NCBI GenBank assembly: GCA_964535735.1
Contig: CAZHTM010000003.1
Coordinates: 2,092 to 66,091, forward strand
DNA length: 64,000 nt
Origin: an uncultured bacterium
GTDB lineage: Bacteria; Fidelibacterota; Marinisomatia; Marinisomatales; J089
Reading direction: 5' to 3'
Shown: positions 45,488 to 56,532 of the stretch, in pieces
Numbering within the stretch: the stretch's first letter is position 1
Layout: each line of letters opens with the position of its first letter
The notes under the pieces: generated by a model
Database searches by the model: none
What the model was told of the DNA's origin: nothing
The model's input: only the letters and a program-made list of their open reading frames with translations
Position numbers and translations under genes: made by a program

Positions 45488-45886
45488 ATGAGTCGACCAT
45501 TAAACGTGAAGGATTATATGGCCAAGGATTGTATCACGTTTTCCCCGGACCAGAATGTGCTCGAGGCCATTCAAATCCTGTTGAAAAACAAGATTTCCGG
45601 AGCTCCCGTGGTAGAGGATGATGACATTATTGTGGGCATCTTATCGGAGAAGGACTGTCTTCCCGTCATATTGGAGGCCTCATACCACAATGATCCGGGT
45701 AAACTCGTGCGGGATTTGATGTCCACCCAGGTAACCACAGTGGATGCAGACGCTAGTCTAATGGATGTGGCGGAAAAATTCATTACCACCAGGTTTCGGA
45801 GATTTCCGGTGGTGGAAAAAAATAAACTGGTGGGGCAGATTAGTCGACGGGACGTGTTAAGGGCGATTGAAGCCTTGCGAACCTAA
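45488..45886 (+). CDS. CBS domain-pair protein
   Basis: Two CBS repeats (ISGAPVVEDDDIIVGILSEKD; FRRFPVVEKNKLVGQISRRD). Confidence 0.8.
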   Translation: MSRPLNVKDYMAKDCITFSPDQNVLEAIQILLKNKISGAPVVEDDDIIVGILSEKDCLPVILEASYHNDPGKLVRDLMSTQVTTVDADASLMDVAEKFITTRFRRFPVVEKNKLVGQISRRDVLRAIEALRT

Positions 45887-45910
45887 TCCTAAACTAACGG
45901 GATATTTCAA

Positions 45911-45940
45911 GGGTGAAGTCGTTGAACTTCACCCTTTTTT
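45911..45940 (+). terminator. rho-independent terminator after the CBS gene
   Basis: gggtgaagt cgttga acttcaccc followed by tttttt. Confidence 0.75.
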
Positions 45941-45954
45941 ATTGTCTAAACTGA
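45925..45954 (+). repeat. left copy of a 30-bp direct repeat (29/30 identical) bracketing the RAYT cassette
   Basis: aacttcacccttttttattgtctaaactga. Includes the 3' half and T-tract of the terminator. Confidence 0.85.
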
Positions 45955-46034
45955 GCTTTCCTGGTCGTTAACGTCCTTGAACATTCAGCACGGCTATCCC
46001 GGGTGCAACAATTGCAATAGCTTGCTACGCGTAC

Positions 46035-46130
46035 CATCCTCGTGACACGGCTCTGCCATGTAACGGAATCATCAATCGATGTTCGCCGTAAATAATTGGG
46101 TTACAACGCAGAGCGTTGTAACCAGTTTTA
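46035..46130 (+). repeat. REP-like unit A (96 nt, two hairpins)
   Basis: About 92% identical to unit C (8 differences in 96). Hairpin 2, ggttacaacgc-aga-gcgttgtaacc, is perfect. Confidence 0.85.
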
Positions 46131-46196
46131 TGGAATAAGTTGCTCTCATTAAAACTACCCGCCCTTGTTGTAATACTCAACCCACGGACCCTCGGG

Positions 46197-46265
46197 ACCC
46201 TCGTTACATGGCTCTGCCATGTAACGCAAATCAAACACCCGACACAACGCAGAGCGTTGTGTCGA
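46197..46265 (+). repeat. REP-like unit B (shorter variant, two perfect hairpins)
   Basis: cgttacatgg-ctctg-ccatgtaacg and cgacacaacgc-aga-gcgttgtgtcg. Confidence 0.8.
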
Positions 46266-46308
46266 GGTGAAGCAGAGTAAAGGTTTTTAACCCGCGGGTA
46301 TTTGTTTA

Positions 46309-46845
46309 TTAATCAGAAAACCGGGTGATTGATATTTTGGCGGCAAGCCCCGCAAAGTTCCTTGCGCTTGAATAGAACCAATCCTCGGGACGGCTTACAT
46401 AACCTTTACGAACAGGATTGAGATGTATATAATCCATTTTTTGTTGAAATATTTCCATCGTTTGGATTTGTTTCGGTGAATAACCACCCTGCCAGAATTG
46501 ATAATCGGAATCCTGGCGGTTTGGCGATTTTGCCTGATGTAAAGCATCTAAGATATCTGTTTGTTTCCGCGATTTGTAATAGTCGATAATTCGCCGGGCT
46601 GTATAGGATTTAAAACGTATCATATTCTTTATTATTTGATCTGACTGCAGAATCAGATGTAAATGATCATGCATGATAACATAGCTATACAACCTGATGG
46701 ATCGTTCGTTTTGTAAAAACTGCAATGATTGAAGAACGATCTCTTTAACCGGGACGGGCGTCAATAGCGACATCCATTCTACTACTGTACAGGTAACAAA
46801 ATACGGGTACTCCGGTTCATATACTTTATAACGATTTCGTGTCAT
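46309..46845 (-). CDS. REP-associated tyrosine transposase (RAYT, IS200/IS605 TnpA-like Y1 transposase)
   Basis: HUH motif YVIMHDHLHLIL. C-terminal catalytic Tyr context MDYIHLNPVRKGYVSRPEDWFYSS. Confidence 0.85.
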   Translation of the reverse strand: MTRNRYKVYEPEYPYFVTCTVVEWMSLLTPVPVKEIVLQSLQFLQNERSIRLYSYVIMHDHLHLILQSDQIIKNMIRFKSYTARRIIDYYKSRKQTDILDALHQAKSPNRQDSDYQFWQGGYSPKQIQTMEIFQQKMDYIHLNPVRKGYVSRPEDWFYSSARNFAGLAAKISITRFSD

Positions 46846-46917
46846 AGAATTCCAAAATTTATATTATTTGTACCCTCCGTTACAAAGCTTGGTCCTCGTA
46901 TACACGCCTCCATCAAC

Positions 46918-47013
46918 TATCCTCGTTACATGGCTCTGCCGTGTAACAGAATTATCAGTCGATGTTCGCCGTAAATAATTGGGTTACAACGCAGAGCGTT
47001 GCAACCAGTTTTA
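46918..47013 (+). repeat. REP-like unit C (96 nt)
   Basis: Direct-orientation copy of unit A on the other side of the RAYT gene. Confidence 0.85.
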
Positions 47014-47042
47014 ACTTCACCCTTTTTTATTGTCTAAGCTGA
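47013..47042 (+). repeat. right copy of the 30-bp direct repeat
   Basis: aacttcacccttttttattgtctaagctga. Lacks the 5' half of the terminator stem. Confidence 0.85.
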
Positions 47043-47053
47043 ACATTAAATAT

Positions 47054-48817
47054 CTAGTGTGACTTATCCTTGCGGACAATCGCAATTCCCAACTCATCCA
47101 ATTGCCGCTGGGAAACTTCGCTAGGTGATTCATCCATGAGCGACGACGCTGAGGTGGTTTTGGGAAACGCAATGACATCCCGGATATTGGTTGTTTTGCA
47201 CAGGAGCATTACGAATCGATCAAATCCAAAGGCAATTCCACCATGGGGTGGTGCGCCGTAACGCAAGGCTTCAAGTAAAAAGCCGAATTTCTCCTGCGCT
47301 TCTTGCTCTGAAATTCCCAAATGGCGAAATACCTGATCCTGCACCTCCCGCTGGTGAATACGAATCGATCCGCCAGCGACTTCATATCCGTTGATTACCA
47401 GGTCATACCCCCGGGAATAGACTTGATCGGGCGCAGTTGCCATTTTGGGAAGGTCTTCCAGTTTCGGAGAGGTGAACGGATGATGAACCGCCACATACCG
47501 GCCGTCGTCTTCATCCCATTCAAACATGGGCATGTCCACCACCCAACAGGGTTTAAACTCATCAGGTGAAGCCAGGTTTTCCCGCCGGGCGATTTCCGTT
47601 CTCAGCGCGCCCATGGCTGTTTGCGCCACTCGTTTGGCATCACCAATAAGGAAGAGGATCGAACCATCGGGGAGAGAAAGATCACGTATTAATCGATCTT
47701 GAAGATCTGGATTGAAAAATTTGGAAATCCCCCCGGTGAGTTGCGCTTCATTTACTTTCATCCAGGCTAGCCCTTTGGCGCCAAAGGACTTTACATGGTC
47801 TGTTAGGCCGTCAATGACTTTCCGGGAATAGGATTCCCCGTTAGGAACCACAAGGCCTTTCACCGTTTCCGCCGACTTAAACGCCTGAAAATCAGATTCG
47901 TCGGTATACGTTTTTACATCCTGAAGCGGTAAGTCATAGCGCAGATCCGGTTTGTCGGTTCCGTAGGTGTCCATGGCTTCGTTAAAGGTCAGGACCGGAA
48001 ATGTGTCCGGGAGTTCTACCCCCAGGATGGCACGAAACACTTCCCGGGTCAATCCTTCACTCACCGCCTGGATATCCGCCTCGTCCACAAATGACATTTC
48101 AATATCGATTTGGGTAAACTCCGGCTGACGATCGGCCCGCAAATCTTCATCCCGGAAACATTTCACAATTTGAAAATACCGGTCGAAACCCGCAATCATA
48201 AGCAACTGTTTATAGGTTTGGGGCGATTGGGGAAGGGCGTAGAATTTTCCCCGGTGGATGCGGCTGGGAACCAGGTAATCTCGGGCTCCTTCCGGTGTCG
48301 ATTTCATGAGCACCGGAGTTTCAATCTCAAAAAATCCGTTCCGGTCCAGATACTGACGGACAACCTGAGCCGCCCGGTGACGGACCGCCAGAGTCGATTG
48401 CAATTCTTCCGTCCGTAATTCCAAATACCGGTATTTGAGCCGCAAATCTTCCAACGCCGCTTCCCGGTCGGTAATTACAAACGGCAACGGGTCCGCTTCG
48501 CTGAGCAATTCCATTGAGGCAACCATCACCTCAATTTCGCCGGTGGCCATATTGGGATTAACGGCCTGATCGGCACGATGCTGAACCGTACCCTGAATCG
48601 ACAATACATCTTCCATCGATAATTTCTTCGCCTGGTTCAAGTCCCCCTGAAAATGCTCCGAATCGAAGACAATCTGAGTTTTTCCATGGCGATCCCGAAG
48701 ATCCACAAAAATAATCTGTCCATGAAGCCGGACGGAATTGACCCATCCATTTAATACCACCCGAGTTCCTACAGCTTCAGCTGTCAGTTCACCACAGGTA
48801 TGTGTTCGTTTCATCAT
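47054..48817 (-). CDS. aspS: aspartate--tRNA ligase
   Basis: Full-length AspRS: OB-fold N-terminus RTHTCGELT, class II motifs FRDEDLRADRQPEFTQID, GGIAFGFDR. Confidence 0.95.
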   Translation of the reverse strand: MMKRTHTCGELTAEAVGTRVVLNGWVNSVRLHGQIIFVDLRDRHGKTQIVFDSEHFQGDLNQAKKLSMEDVLSIQGTVQHRADQAVNPNMATGEIEVMVASMELLSEADPLPFVITDREAALEDLRLKYRYLELRTEELQSTLAVRHRAAQVVRQYLDRNGFFEIETPVLMKSTPEGARDYLVPSRIHRGKFYALPQSPQTYKQLLMIAGFDRYFQIVKCFRDEDLRADRQPEFTQIDIEMSFVDEADIQAVSEGLTREVFRAILGVELPDTFPVLTFNEAMDTYGTDKPDLRYDLPLQDVKTYTDESDFQAFKSAETVKGLVVPNGESYSRKVIDGLTDHVKSFGAKGLAWMKVNEAQLTGGISKFFNPDLQDRLIRDLSLPDGSILFLIGDAKRVAQTAMGALRTEIARRENLASPDEFKPCWVVDMPMFEWDEDDGRYVAVHHPFTSPKLEDLPKMATAPDQVYSRGYDLVINGYEVAGGSIRIHQREVQDQVFRHLGISEQEAQEKFGFLLEALRYGAPPHGGIAFGFDRFVMLLCKTTNIRDVIAFPKTTSASSLMDESPSEVSQRQLDELGIAIVRKDKSH

Positions 48818-48896
48818 AGTACTCGATAATGTGATTATTGTTATTTAGAATGTTAACGCCGCTGGCAATCCAGATTCAATCAGAAGACTCGATATA

Positions 48897-48930
48897 AACG
48901 AAAAACCGCCTGAGGCAAACAGGCGGTTTC
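48897..48930 (-). terminator. rho-independent terminator of the atp operon
   Basis: Minus strand reads aaaccgcctg tttgcct caggcggttt followed by a T run. Confidence 0.75.
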
Positions 48931-48954
48931 GGGAATTGAATCTGATTCCAATCT

Positions 48955-49343
48955 TTATTGTACAATCTGCAGGCGATTCATGGCCCGCGCCAGGGAAGCC
49001 TTGGCCCGAATGCGGTCCGCATTTTCCTGCTTCAGCCTCATTTCGGCGCGTTCCAGCGCTTTTTTAGCCCGTTCCACATCAATTTCCTCCTGGAATTCCG
49101 CCGTTTCCACCAGCAATAAAACTTTATCGCCTTTGATTTCCGCATATCCCCCGCTGGTGGCCAGCCAACAGTCTCCGCCGTTTCCGGAAATTTTCACTGG
49201 TCCTATGTCCAGAGCAATCATCGCTTCCGCGTGGCCGCCCAAAACTCCAAAGGAGCCGTCCACTCCGGGACAACGCACATAGGATATATCTTTTTCCTTG
49301 ATAACCCGGGTGGGTGTCACAATTTCCAGTTCAAAAGTACGCA

Positions 49344-49344
<1 letters not shown>
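48955..49344 (-). CDS. atpC: ATP synthase F1 epsilon subunit
   Basis: Size, position after atpD (1-nt overlap) and epsilon-like sequence. Confidence 0.9.
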
Positions 49345-50744
<1,400 letters not shown>

Positions 50745-50759
50745 TCACGTTCCTCGTTA

Positions 50760-51611
50760 TTATTTCAGCGCTTCGGCGCCACTAACGATTTCCAGCATTT
50801 CTGTGGTAATCGCATTTTGCCGCGCTTTATTGTATTCCAATTGGAGTGTTTTAATCATTTCAATGGCATTGTCGGTGGCATTTTCCATGGCAACCATCCG
50901 TGCCGCCTGTTCACTGGCAAAAGACTCCAGCAAGTACCGCCAGATTTGAACATTGAGATGGCGGGGTACCAAAGATTTAACAATCGCATCTTTGGAGGGT
51001 TCATAAAGGCGATTTTGAGATTGTTTAGTGCCAGATTCGAAGGCCAGGGGCAACAACGTTTCCACAACAATTTCCTGCGTTGCCACATTCTTGAATTCGT
51101 TAAAGATGACCCGGATTTCATCCACATAACCATTCAGGAAATGACTTACGATTCCATTTCCAATCTTGATGGCATGGTTAAAATCCAGCTCATTCCAGAA
51201 TTCCACATGGGATTCGATAATATTGAAATTCCTATTCCGGAAATGATCGGCACCTTTTTTCCCGATGCAGAATAAATCCACATTTTCCACACCGATGGAA
51301 TCGATCTCCCGGTAGGTACGCTTAATAATATTGGTATTGAACGAACCCGCCAACCCCCGATCGGAAGTCACGACCACAATTCCAACACGGCGAACCGGGC
51401 GGACTTCCAGCAAATCAAGCACACTGCGATCCACGTCGGGCAGCAAGTCCTGGATCACGTCCCGGATGCGATACGCATACGGACGCGCCTCTTCCATGTG
51501 TTCCTGAGCCTTCCGCATTTTAGCACCGGCCACCATCTTCATGGCGCTGGTGACTTTCTGGATACTCTTGACCGATTTAATTCGGTTACGGATTTCTTTT
51601 AGACTGGCCAT
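50760..51611 (-). CDS. atpG: ATP synthase F1 gamma subunit
   Basis: MASLKEIRNRIKSVKSIQKVTSAMKMVA N-terminus, ITTEMLEIVSGAEAL C-terminus. Confidence 0.95.
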   Translation of the reverse strand: MASLKEIRNRIKSVKSIQKVTSAMKMVAGAKMRKAQEHMEEARPYAYRIRDVIQDLLPDVDRSVLDLLEVRPVRRVGIVVVTSDRGLAGSFNTNIIKRTYREIDSIGVENVDLFCIGKKGADHFRNRNFNIIESHVEFWNELDFNHAIKIGNGIVSHFLNGYVDEIRVIFNEFKNVATQEIVVETLLPLAFESGTKQSQNRLYEPSKDAIVKSLVPRHLNVQIWRYLLESFASEQAARMVAMENATDNAIEMIKTLQLEYNKARQNAITTEMLEIVSGAEALK

Positions 51612-51614
51612 AGA

Positions 51615-53138
51615 TCAGGCAACAAAGCCTTTTTTAAAGGATTCCACCGCTTCCTGTAACTGAGTATTCAATTCGTCAGAAATATCACCCGTGTCACGAA
51701 TCGAATCCAGCACATCGCGGTAATTGGCATCAAGATAGGACAGGAAGCCTTCTTCAAATTCAGCCACTTTTTCCAGGGGAATATCATCCAGGTAGCCCTG
51801 ACTTCCCGCAAACAAAATGGCAATTTGTTTCTCCACATCCATGGGAGAGTATTGCTTCTGTTTTAGCACTTCCACCATTCGAGCCCCCCGTGTAAGTTGG
51901 GCTTTGGTGGATTTATCCAGGTCGGACCCGAATTTGGCGAATGCTTCCAGTTCCCGGTACTGGGCCAGGTCAAGACGCAGTCGACCTGCCACTTTTTTCA
52001 TGGCTTTGATCTGAGCATTTCCGCCCACACGCGACACGGAGATACCCACATCCACCGCCGGTCGAACACCGGCATTAAATAAACTACTGACCAAATAAAT
52101 CTGACCATCCGTAATGGAAATCACGTTAGTGGGAATGTAGGCGGACACGTCCCCTTCCTGGGTCTCAATGATGGGCAGTGCCGTCAAGGAGCCGCCCCCC
52201 AGCTCATCACTCAATTTGGACGCCCGTTCCAGCAGACGGCTGTGAAGATAAAACACATCACCGGGATAGGCTTCACGACCGGGAGGCCGCCGAAGAACCA
52301 GGGACATTTGACGATAAGCCGCCGCCTGTTTGGACAGATCATCGTAGATGATTAACGCATGCATTCCATTGTCCCGGAAATATTCACCCATCGCCGCGCC
52401 GGAATAAGGAGCAATATACTGCAACGGTGCAGGATCAGAGGCGTTCGCCGTAATCACGGTCGTGTAATCCATGGCGCCGGCATCTTCCAGTTCCTTCACT
52501 ACCCGGGCAACCGTAGACGCTTTCTGACCAATGGCCACATAAAAACAGTAGACCGGTTTATCCGTTTGGTGGGTGTATTTCTGATTGATAATGGCGTCGA
52601 TGGCGATTGCGGTTTTCCCGGTCTGACGGTCGCCAATGATCAATTCCCGCTGGCCCCGGCCGATGGGAATCATACTGTCAATTGATTTCAGTCCGGTTTG
52701 CAGAGGTTCTTTCACCGGTTGACGGGCCATCACACCCAGGGCTTTCCGCTCAATCGGCAGAGACTCTTCGGTATCGATGGGGCCTTTGCCATCCAGGGGT
52801 TGTCCCAGAGGATTGACCACCCGTCCCAGGAGGGCTTTTCCCACAGGGACTTCCACGACTCGGCCGGTACGTTTGGCCAGGTCACCTTCTTCCACCAGAC
52901 GACTGTCACCAAACAGCACCAGACCCACATTGTCTTCTTCCAGATTGAGGGCCATACCGAAGACGCCGTTTTGCAGCTCCACCAGTTCCGAACTGACCAC
53001 ATTTTCCAGTCCGCTGACCCGGGCGACACCGTCACCGATATCAATGACCTCACCCGCTTCAGCGACGTCTATTTCGATCTTGTACTGGTCAATTTGCGCT
53101 CGCAGTAAATCTCTTATTTCGTCTGCTTTGAATTCCAT
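51615..53138 (-). CDS. atpA: ATP synthase F1 alpha subunit
   Basis: GDRQTGKTA Walker A. Typical alpha sequence. Confidence 0.97.
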   Translation of the reverse strand: MEFKADEIRDLLRAQIDQYKIEIDVAEAGEVIDIGDGVARVSGLENVVSSELVELQNGVFGMALNLEEDNVGLVLFGDSRLVEEGDLAKRTGRVVEVPVGKALLGRVVNPLGQPLDGKGPIDTEESLPIERKALGVMARQPVKEPLQTGLKSIDSMIPIGRGQRELIIGDRQTGKTAIAIDAIINQKYTHQTDKPVYCFYVAIGQKASTVARVVKELEDAGAMDYTTVITANASDPAPLQYIAPYSGAAMGEYFRDNGMHALIIYDDLSKQAAAYRQMSLVLRRPPGREAYPGDVFYLHSRLLERASKLSDELGGGSLTALPIIETQEGDVSAYIPTNVISITDGQIYLVSSLFNAGVRPAVDVGISVSRVGGNAQIKAMKKVAGRLRLDLAQYRELEAFAKFGSDLDKSTKAQLTRGARMVEVLKQKQYSPMDVEKQIAILFAGSQGYLDDIPLEKVAEFEEGFLSYLDANYRDVLDSIRDTGDISDELNTQLQEAVESFKKGFVA

Positions 53139-53153
53139 GTACTCTTCCAGAGG

Positions 53154-53693
53154 TTAATTCTTTAATATAAATTGCTTTAAATGATCCAACTGCTTGGACA
53201 GCGATGCATCCAGATAGACATTCCCAAGCCGCAGTTTGATGCCTCCCAAAAGACTGGGGTCCACAATTCGGGTAGCGTCCAGTGTTTTCCCCGTGGAAGC
53301 CTCCAGCCGCTGAATGATGGACTCGGCCTGTTCATCCGTGAGCGGTTCGGCGGAGTAAATCATCAAGGGGATCTGATTCAGGGCAGCAACCTGGAATCGG
53401 GAATATTGATGAGCCACATCCGGTAATAACAGGGTATCCCGATCCTCCACCAACAGGACAAGAAATTCCAAAACAATGGGGTGAACGGCTTTGGACAACA
53501 CATCCCGGAGGATACCAAATTTCTCACTTACCGGAATCCGGCGTGTGTGGAAAAACACCTTAAAGGCCGGTACTTTCCGAAGCAGCCCTGCTACATCCTG
53601 CAGAGAGGATCCAACCGCTGGCACTGCGTCGTTTTTAATCGCAACGTTCAGCAGCGCCCGGGCGTAGGATTTGATTTTTTTATCAGGCCTCAT
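53154..53693 (-). CDS. atpH: ATP synthase F1 delta (OSCP) subunit
   Basis: Size, position, and GGIKLRLGNVYLDASL C-terminal motif. Confidence 0.85.
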   Translation of the reverse strand: MRPDKKIKSYARALLNVAIKNDAVPAVGSSLQDVAGLLRKVPAFKVFFHTRRIPVSEKFGILRDVLSKAVHPIVLEFLVLLVEDRDTLLLPDVAHQYSRFQVAALNQIPLMIYSAEPLTDEQAESIIQRLEASTGKTLDATRIVDPSLLGGIKLRLGNVYLDASLSKQLDHLKQFILKN

Positions 53694-54189
53694 GCTTGGT
53701 CGTCAATTGTTGAATGGATTGCTCAATCAGCGCCTGATTTTCCTGGGCTGATAAGTTTTTCTGGATCAATTTGCCGGCAATTTGAATCGAAAGGTCCACC
53801 ACTTCCGCCTTAATCTCCGCCAATGCCCGATCTTTCGCAGCGTTAATCTGCGCTTCAGCATCTTGGCGGATCTGACGGGCTTTTTCTTCAGCCTGTCTCA
53901 GGAGGTCCGCTCTCATTCGATCAGCGGTCTCCTTACCTTTTTTGACGATGTCTTGGGCTTCTCCCCGAGCCTTTGCCAGCATTTGTTCTGATTCTTCCTG
54001 AATCCGTTCCAAATCGGACCGAGCCTTTTCAGCATTGGCCAGTGATTCACGAATCAGGGCTTCCCGTTTGTCCAACATGGCCAACAGCGGTTTCCACGCA
54101 AATTTGGCCAACAAGAACAGGAGAACCAGAAACGTTATGATGGTCCAGATGAACAACCCTGGATCGGGTTGAACAAGAGGATTATCCAT
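53683..54189 (-). CDS. atpF: ATP synthase Fo b subunit
   Basis: Single N-terminal TM followed by a long charged helix. Confidence 0.85.
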   Translation of the reverse strand: MDNPLVQPDPGLFIWTIITFLVLLFLLAKFAWKPLLAMLDKREALIRESLANAEKARSDLERIQEESEQMLAKARGEAQDIVKKGKETADRMRADLLRQAEEKARQIRQDAEAQINAAKDRALAEIKAEVVDLSIQIAGKLIQKNLSAQENQALIEQSIQQLTTKHEA

Positions 54190-54228
54190 GGATTACTCCA
54201 TTAATGTTAGTAAGAAGTGTTGAGTGTC

Positions 54229-54453
54229 CTATTTCATCAACACGATTAAGAGGGCAAATACTTCACCCAGAATGGCAACACCTTCCAGCAGGAACAACGG
54301 CAGGTTGACTGCGCCAGTGATTTTATCCGCCGCTTCGGGTTGACGGGCAATGCCTTCACCAGCCGCCGCTGCCAATTTACCAATGCCCAGCCCCGCGCCA
54401 ATTACACACAGACCCAGACCTAATGCCGCACCAAAATAATGCAGGTTTTCCAT
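54229..54453 (-). CDS. atpE: ATP synthase Fo c subunit
   Basis: Hairpin protein with ARQPE loop and a TM2 carboxylate (FLLEGVAI). Confidence 0.92.
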   Translation of the reverse strand: MENLHYFGAALGLGLCVIGAGLGIGKLAAAAGEGIARQPEAADKITGAVNLPLFLLEGVAILGEVFALLIVLMK

Positions 54454-54568
54454 TTACGTAACCTCCATGGTTTTTACTTGGTTAGTGAATTGAGATGTCG
54501 TGTTCCGATACGGAAGGAGCGCCGTTGGTACAGCGTCCACCGGTTCGGAAGTTGAGGTTGAAAAACGA

Positions 54569-55492
54569 TTAATGATGTACATTGATCGCCATTCCAATAA
54601 ATACAGCGGACAAGAGGGTAAACACATAGGCTTGCACCAGGACAACAATAATCTCCAGGGCGGAGATGCCCACTGCCAGCGGAACTGAAATGAACGCACC
54701 CACTCCAATTCCAGCCAAAGCACTATGGAATAGTCCGGAAAAGATAAATACAAACGACAGGATCACCAGAATGGCGACATGACCGCCGGTCATATTGGCC
54801 GCAAGTCGCATGGTCAATGCGAATGGTTTAACGAACATTCCGATAATATCAATCGGAATCAAAATGATGTAGACCCACCAGGGCAATCCGTGGGGGACTA
54901 AATTTTTCCAATGGTTAATAAATCCGTGTGCCCGGGACCCGGCGATAATAATGGAAAAGAAAGTAATAATCGCCAGTGCCGCCGTGACATTGAAATTCCC
55001 CGTGGCCGTGGTTCCGCCGTGAATAATCAGATTAATAAAGGAGGTATGTTCCGTCTTGAAAATAAATCGATCCAGGGCGCCAATTACGTCAAATAAGGGA
55101 ATCAGCCCAATGGCGTTACAGGACACAATAAAAAAGAAAAACGTAAGGATGAGGGGTGTCCAGGTATTGACGAACTTGGGTCCCACGTTGGGCAGGACGA
55201 TTGAATCCCGGATGTATTGGACTACCGCTTCAATGGCGTTGGCAAATCCGGTGGGTACCAGATCTCCTTTCCGAACGGCCCGCCGGACGGCCCAGGTAAC
55301 GGCAATAAATACAATCAAGGCCACTAACCAGATCATGAATACATGTTTGGTAATGGAAAAATCGATGCCGAATATTGTGGGCAAATGGACAATGGCATGG
55401 TCATGCGTCGTGTTGGACACGTGACCGATTATCACTTCGCCGGCATTAAATCCTTCGGAGGCGTGCTCTTGTTCAGGTATGATCATGGACAT
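54569..55492 (-). CDS. atpB: ATP synthase Fo a subunit
   Basis: Polytopic. Conserved LTMRLAANMTGGH stator-arginine motif. Confidence 0.92.
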   Translation of the reverse strand: MSMIIPEQEHASEGFNAGEVIIGHVSNTTHDHAIVHLPTIFGIDFSITKHVFMIWLVALIVFIAVTWAVRRAVRKGDLVPTGFANAIEAVVQYIRDSIVLPNVGPKFVNTWTPLILTFFFFIVSCNAIGLIPLFDVIGALDRFIFKTEHTSFINLIIHGGTTATGNFNVTAALAIITFFSIIIAGSRAHGFINHWKNLVPHGLPWWVYIILIPIDIIGMFVKPFALTMRLAANMTGGHVAILVILSFVFIFSGLFHSALAGIGVGAFISVPLAVGISALEIIVVLVQAYVFTLLSAVFIGMAINVHH

Positions 55493-55502
55493 TAATTATG
55501 CG

Positions 55503-55865
55503 TTAATGGGCTTTAAATTTGGCGCGAAAATACAACGCCTCCACCATATGAAGAAGAATAAAAAAACCGGAAAAACTAAAAACAAAAATCATGGCATCCA
55601 GGGAGGTCGTGGTTAGAACAACGACCACATATAGGGCATAAAAAATCATCTTCCCCGCAAAGGATTTTATCATCATGTTGGTCAATTTTTCAGGAGAGCG
55701 GTTAAAGGTCCGCACCACCAATTCGACGGTAATGACACCCATGAGCAACGGACCCGCCATCCCCCAAAATCCAGGCATCACAAATCCGGGACCCAGGATG
55801 GCCGATAACAAGCCCCAAAGCCCAACACTACCCATCAAGATCCAAATCGAAAATCGTCCTTTCAT
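55503..55865 (-). CDS. small 4-TM membrane protein, AtpI-like
   Basis: Hydrophobic 120-aa ORF 10 nt upstream of atpB. Confidence 0.5.
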   Translation of the reverse strand: MKGRFSIWILMGSVGLWGLLSAILGPGFVMPGFWGMAGPLLMGVITVELVVRTFNRSPEKLTNMMIKSFAGKMIFYALYVVVVLTTTSLDAMIFVFSFSGFFILLHMVEALYFRAKFKAH

Positions 55866-55930
55866 ACACCATTAACTCCACGGCTGGATTGGCAGTACAA
55901 TCCCTGTTATTAATCGTTCAAATCGCACTT

Positions 55931-56173
55931 TCATTTTTTTTTAAACACAACTTTGGCGATTTCATACATGCCCACCACCAGCCCCAGGCCCATTCCAATT
56001 AACACAAACACCGGGGACGTGTGAAAATGTTTATCCGCAAAGAATCCCAGCCCGCCCAGGAGCAACAACGCCGCGATCAAGGAATATGACGCGCCGGCCG
56101 CGGGACCCATTTCCTGCATCAATTTTTGAAGATAGCGGAAAGAATCTGCCATCGTGTTTGAAGGTTTGGTCAT
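55931..56173 (-). CDS. AtpZ/AtpI family small membrane protein
   Basis: Start taken at the ATG at 56173, which forms an ATGA overlap with the bactofilin stop. Motif ALLLLGGLGFFADKHFHTSPVFVLIGMGLGLVVG. Confidence 0.6.
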   Translation of the reverse strand: MTKPSNTMADSFRYLQKLMQEMGPAAGASYSLIAALLLLGGLGFFADKHFHTSPVFVLIGMGLGLVVGMYEIAKVVFKKK

Positions 56174-56532
56174 GGTTGCGGCGCATCTTCCGATTCCGCC
56201 AGGCGGCACTGACCCGTGAACCGCGCCCCTTCTTCAATCAGTAAATGTTGGTAGGTCAAGTCTCCATTGAGGTAGCTCTGCCCTCCTAATACCGCGCGGG
56301 ACTGGACCACGATATTCCCATGGACCTGACCATGAAGCTGGATGTCGCTGCTGGCGATGTTGCCCCGGACCACGCCGGTTTTGGCTACCCGAACCGGACC
56401 GGCCGTCTGAATATTCCCTTCCACCGTGCCGTAGATGATCAATCCCCCTTCCAGGGTTAAATCGCCCACCAGGGTCGCGTCAGCGCCAATGACGGTATGC
56501 ACATTCTGAAAATCCAGTTTACTCGTTTTCAT
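56170..56532 (-). CDS. bactofilin (polymer-forming cytoskeletal protein)
   Basis: Beta-helical repeats IGADATLVGDLTLEGGLIIYGTVEGNIQTAGPVRVAKTGVVRGNIASSDIQLHGQVHGNI. Start at the ATG at 56532. Confidence 0.85.
   Translation of the reverse strand: MKTSKLDFQNVHTVIGADATLVGDLTLEGGLIIYGTVEGNIQTAGPVRVAKTGVVRGNIASSDIQLHGQVHGNIVVQSRAVLGGQSYLNGDLTYQHLLIEEGARFTGQCRLAESEDAPQP

Larger units (their letters stand above)
45955..47012 (-). mobile_element. RAYT cassette: REP-associated tyrosine transposase gene with flanking structured repeat units
   Basis: Approximately 1.06 kb between the 30-bp direct repeats. Contains the IS200-like Y1 transposase ORF and three copies of a two-hairpin repeat. Confidence 0.7.

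Noticed and set aside
54229-54453. Possible Na+-translocating c subunit.
   Set aside because: The Na+ signature is absent: there is no Gln in helix 1 (GIGK instead of GxGQ), and the residue after the carboxylate is Gly, not Ser/Thr. This looks like an ordinary H+ type, and the operon has a delta subunit (F-type, not N-type).
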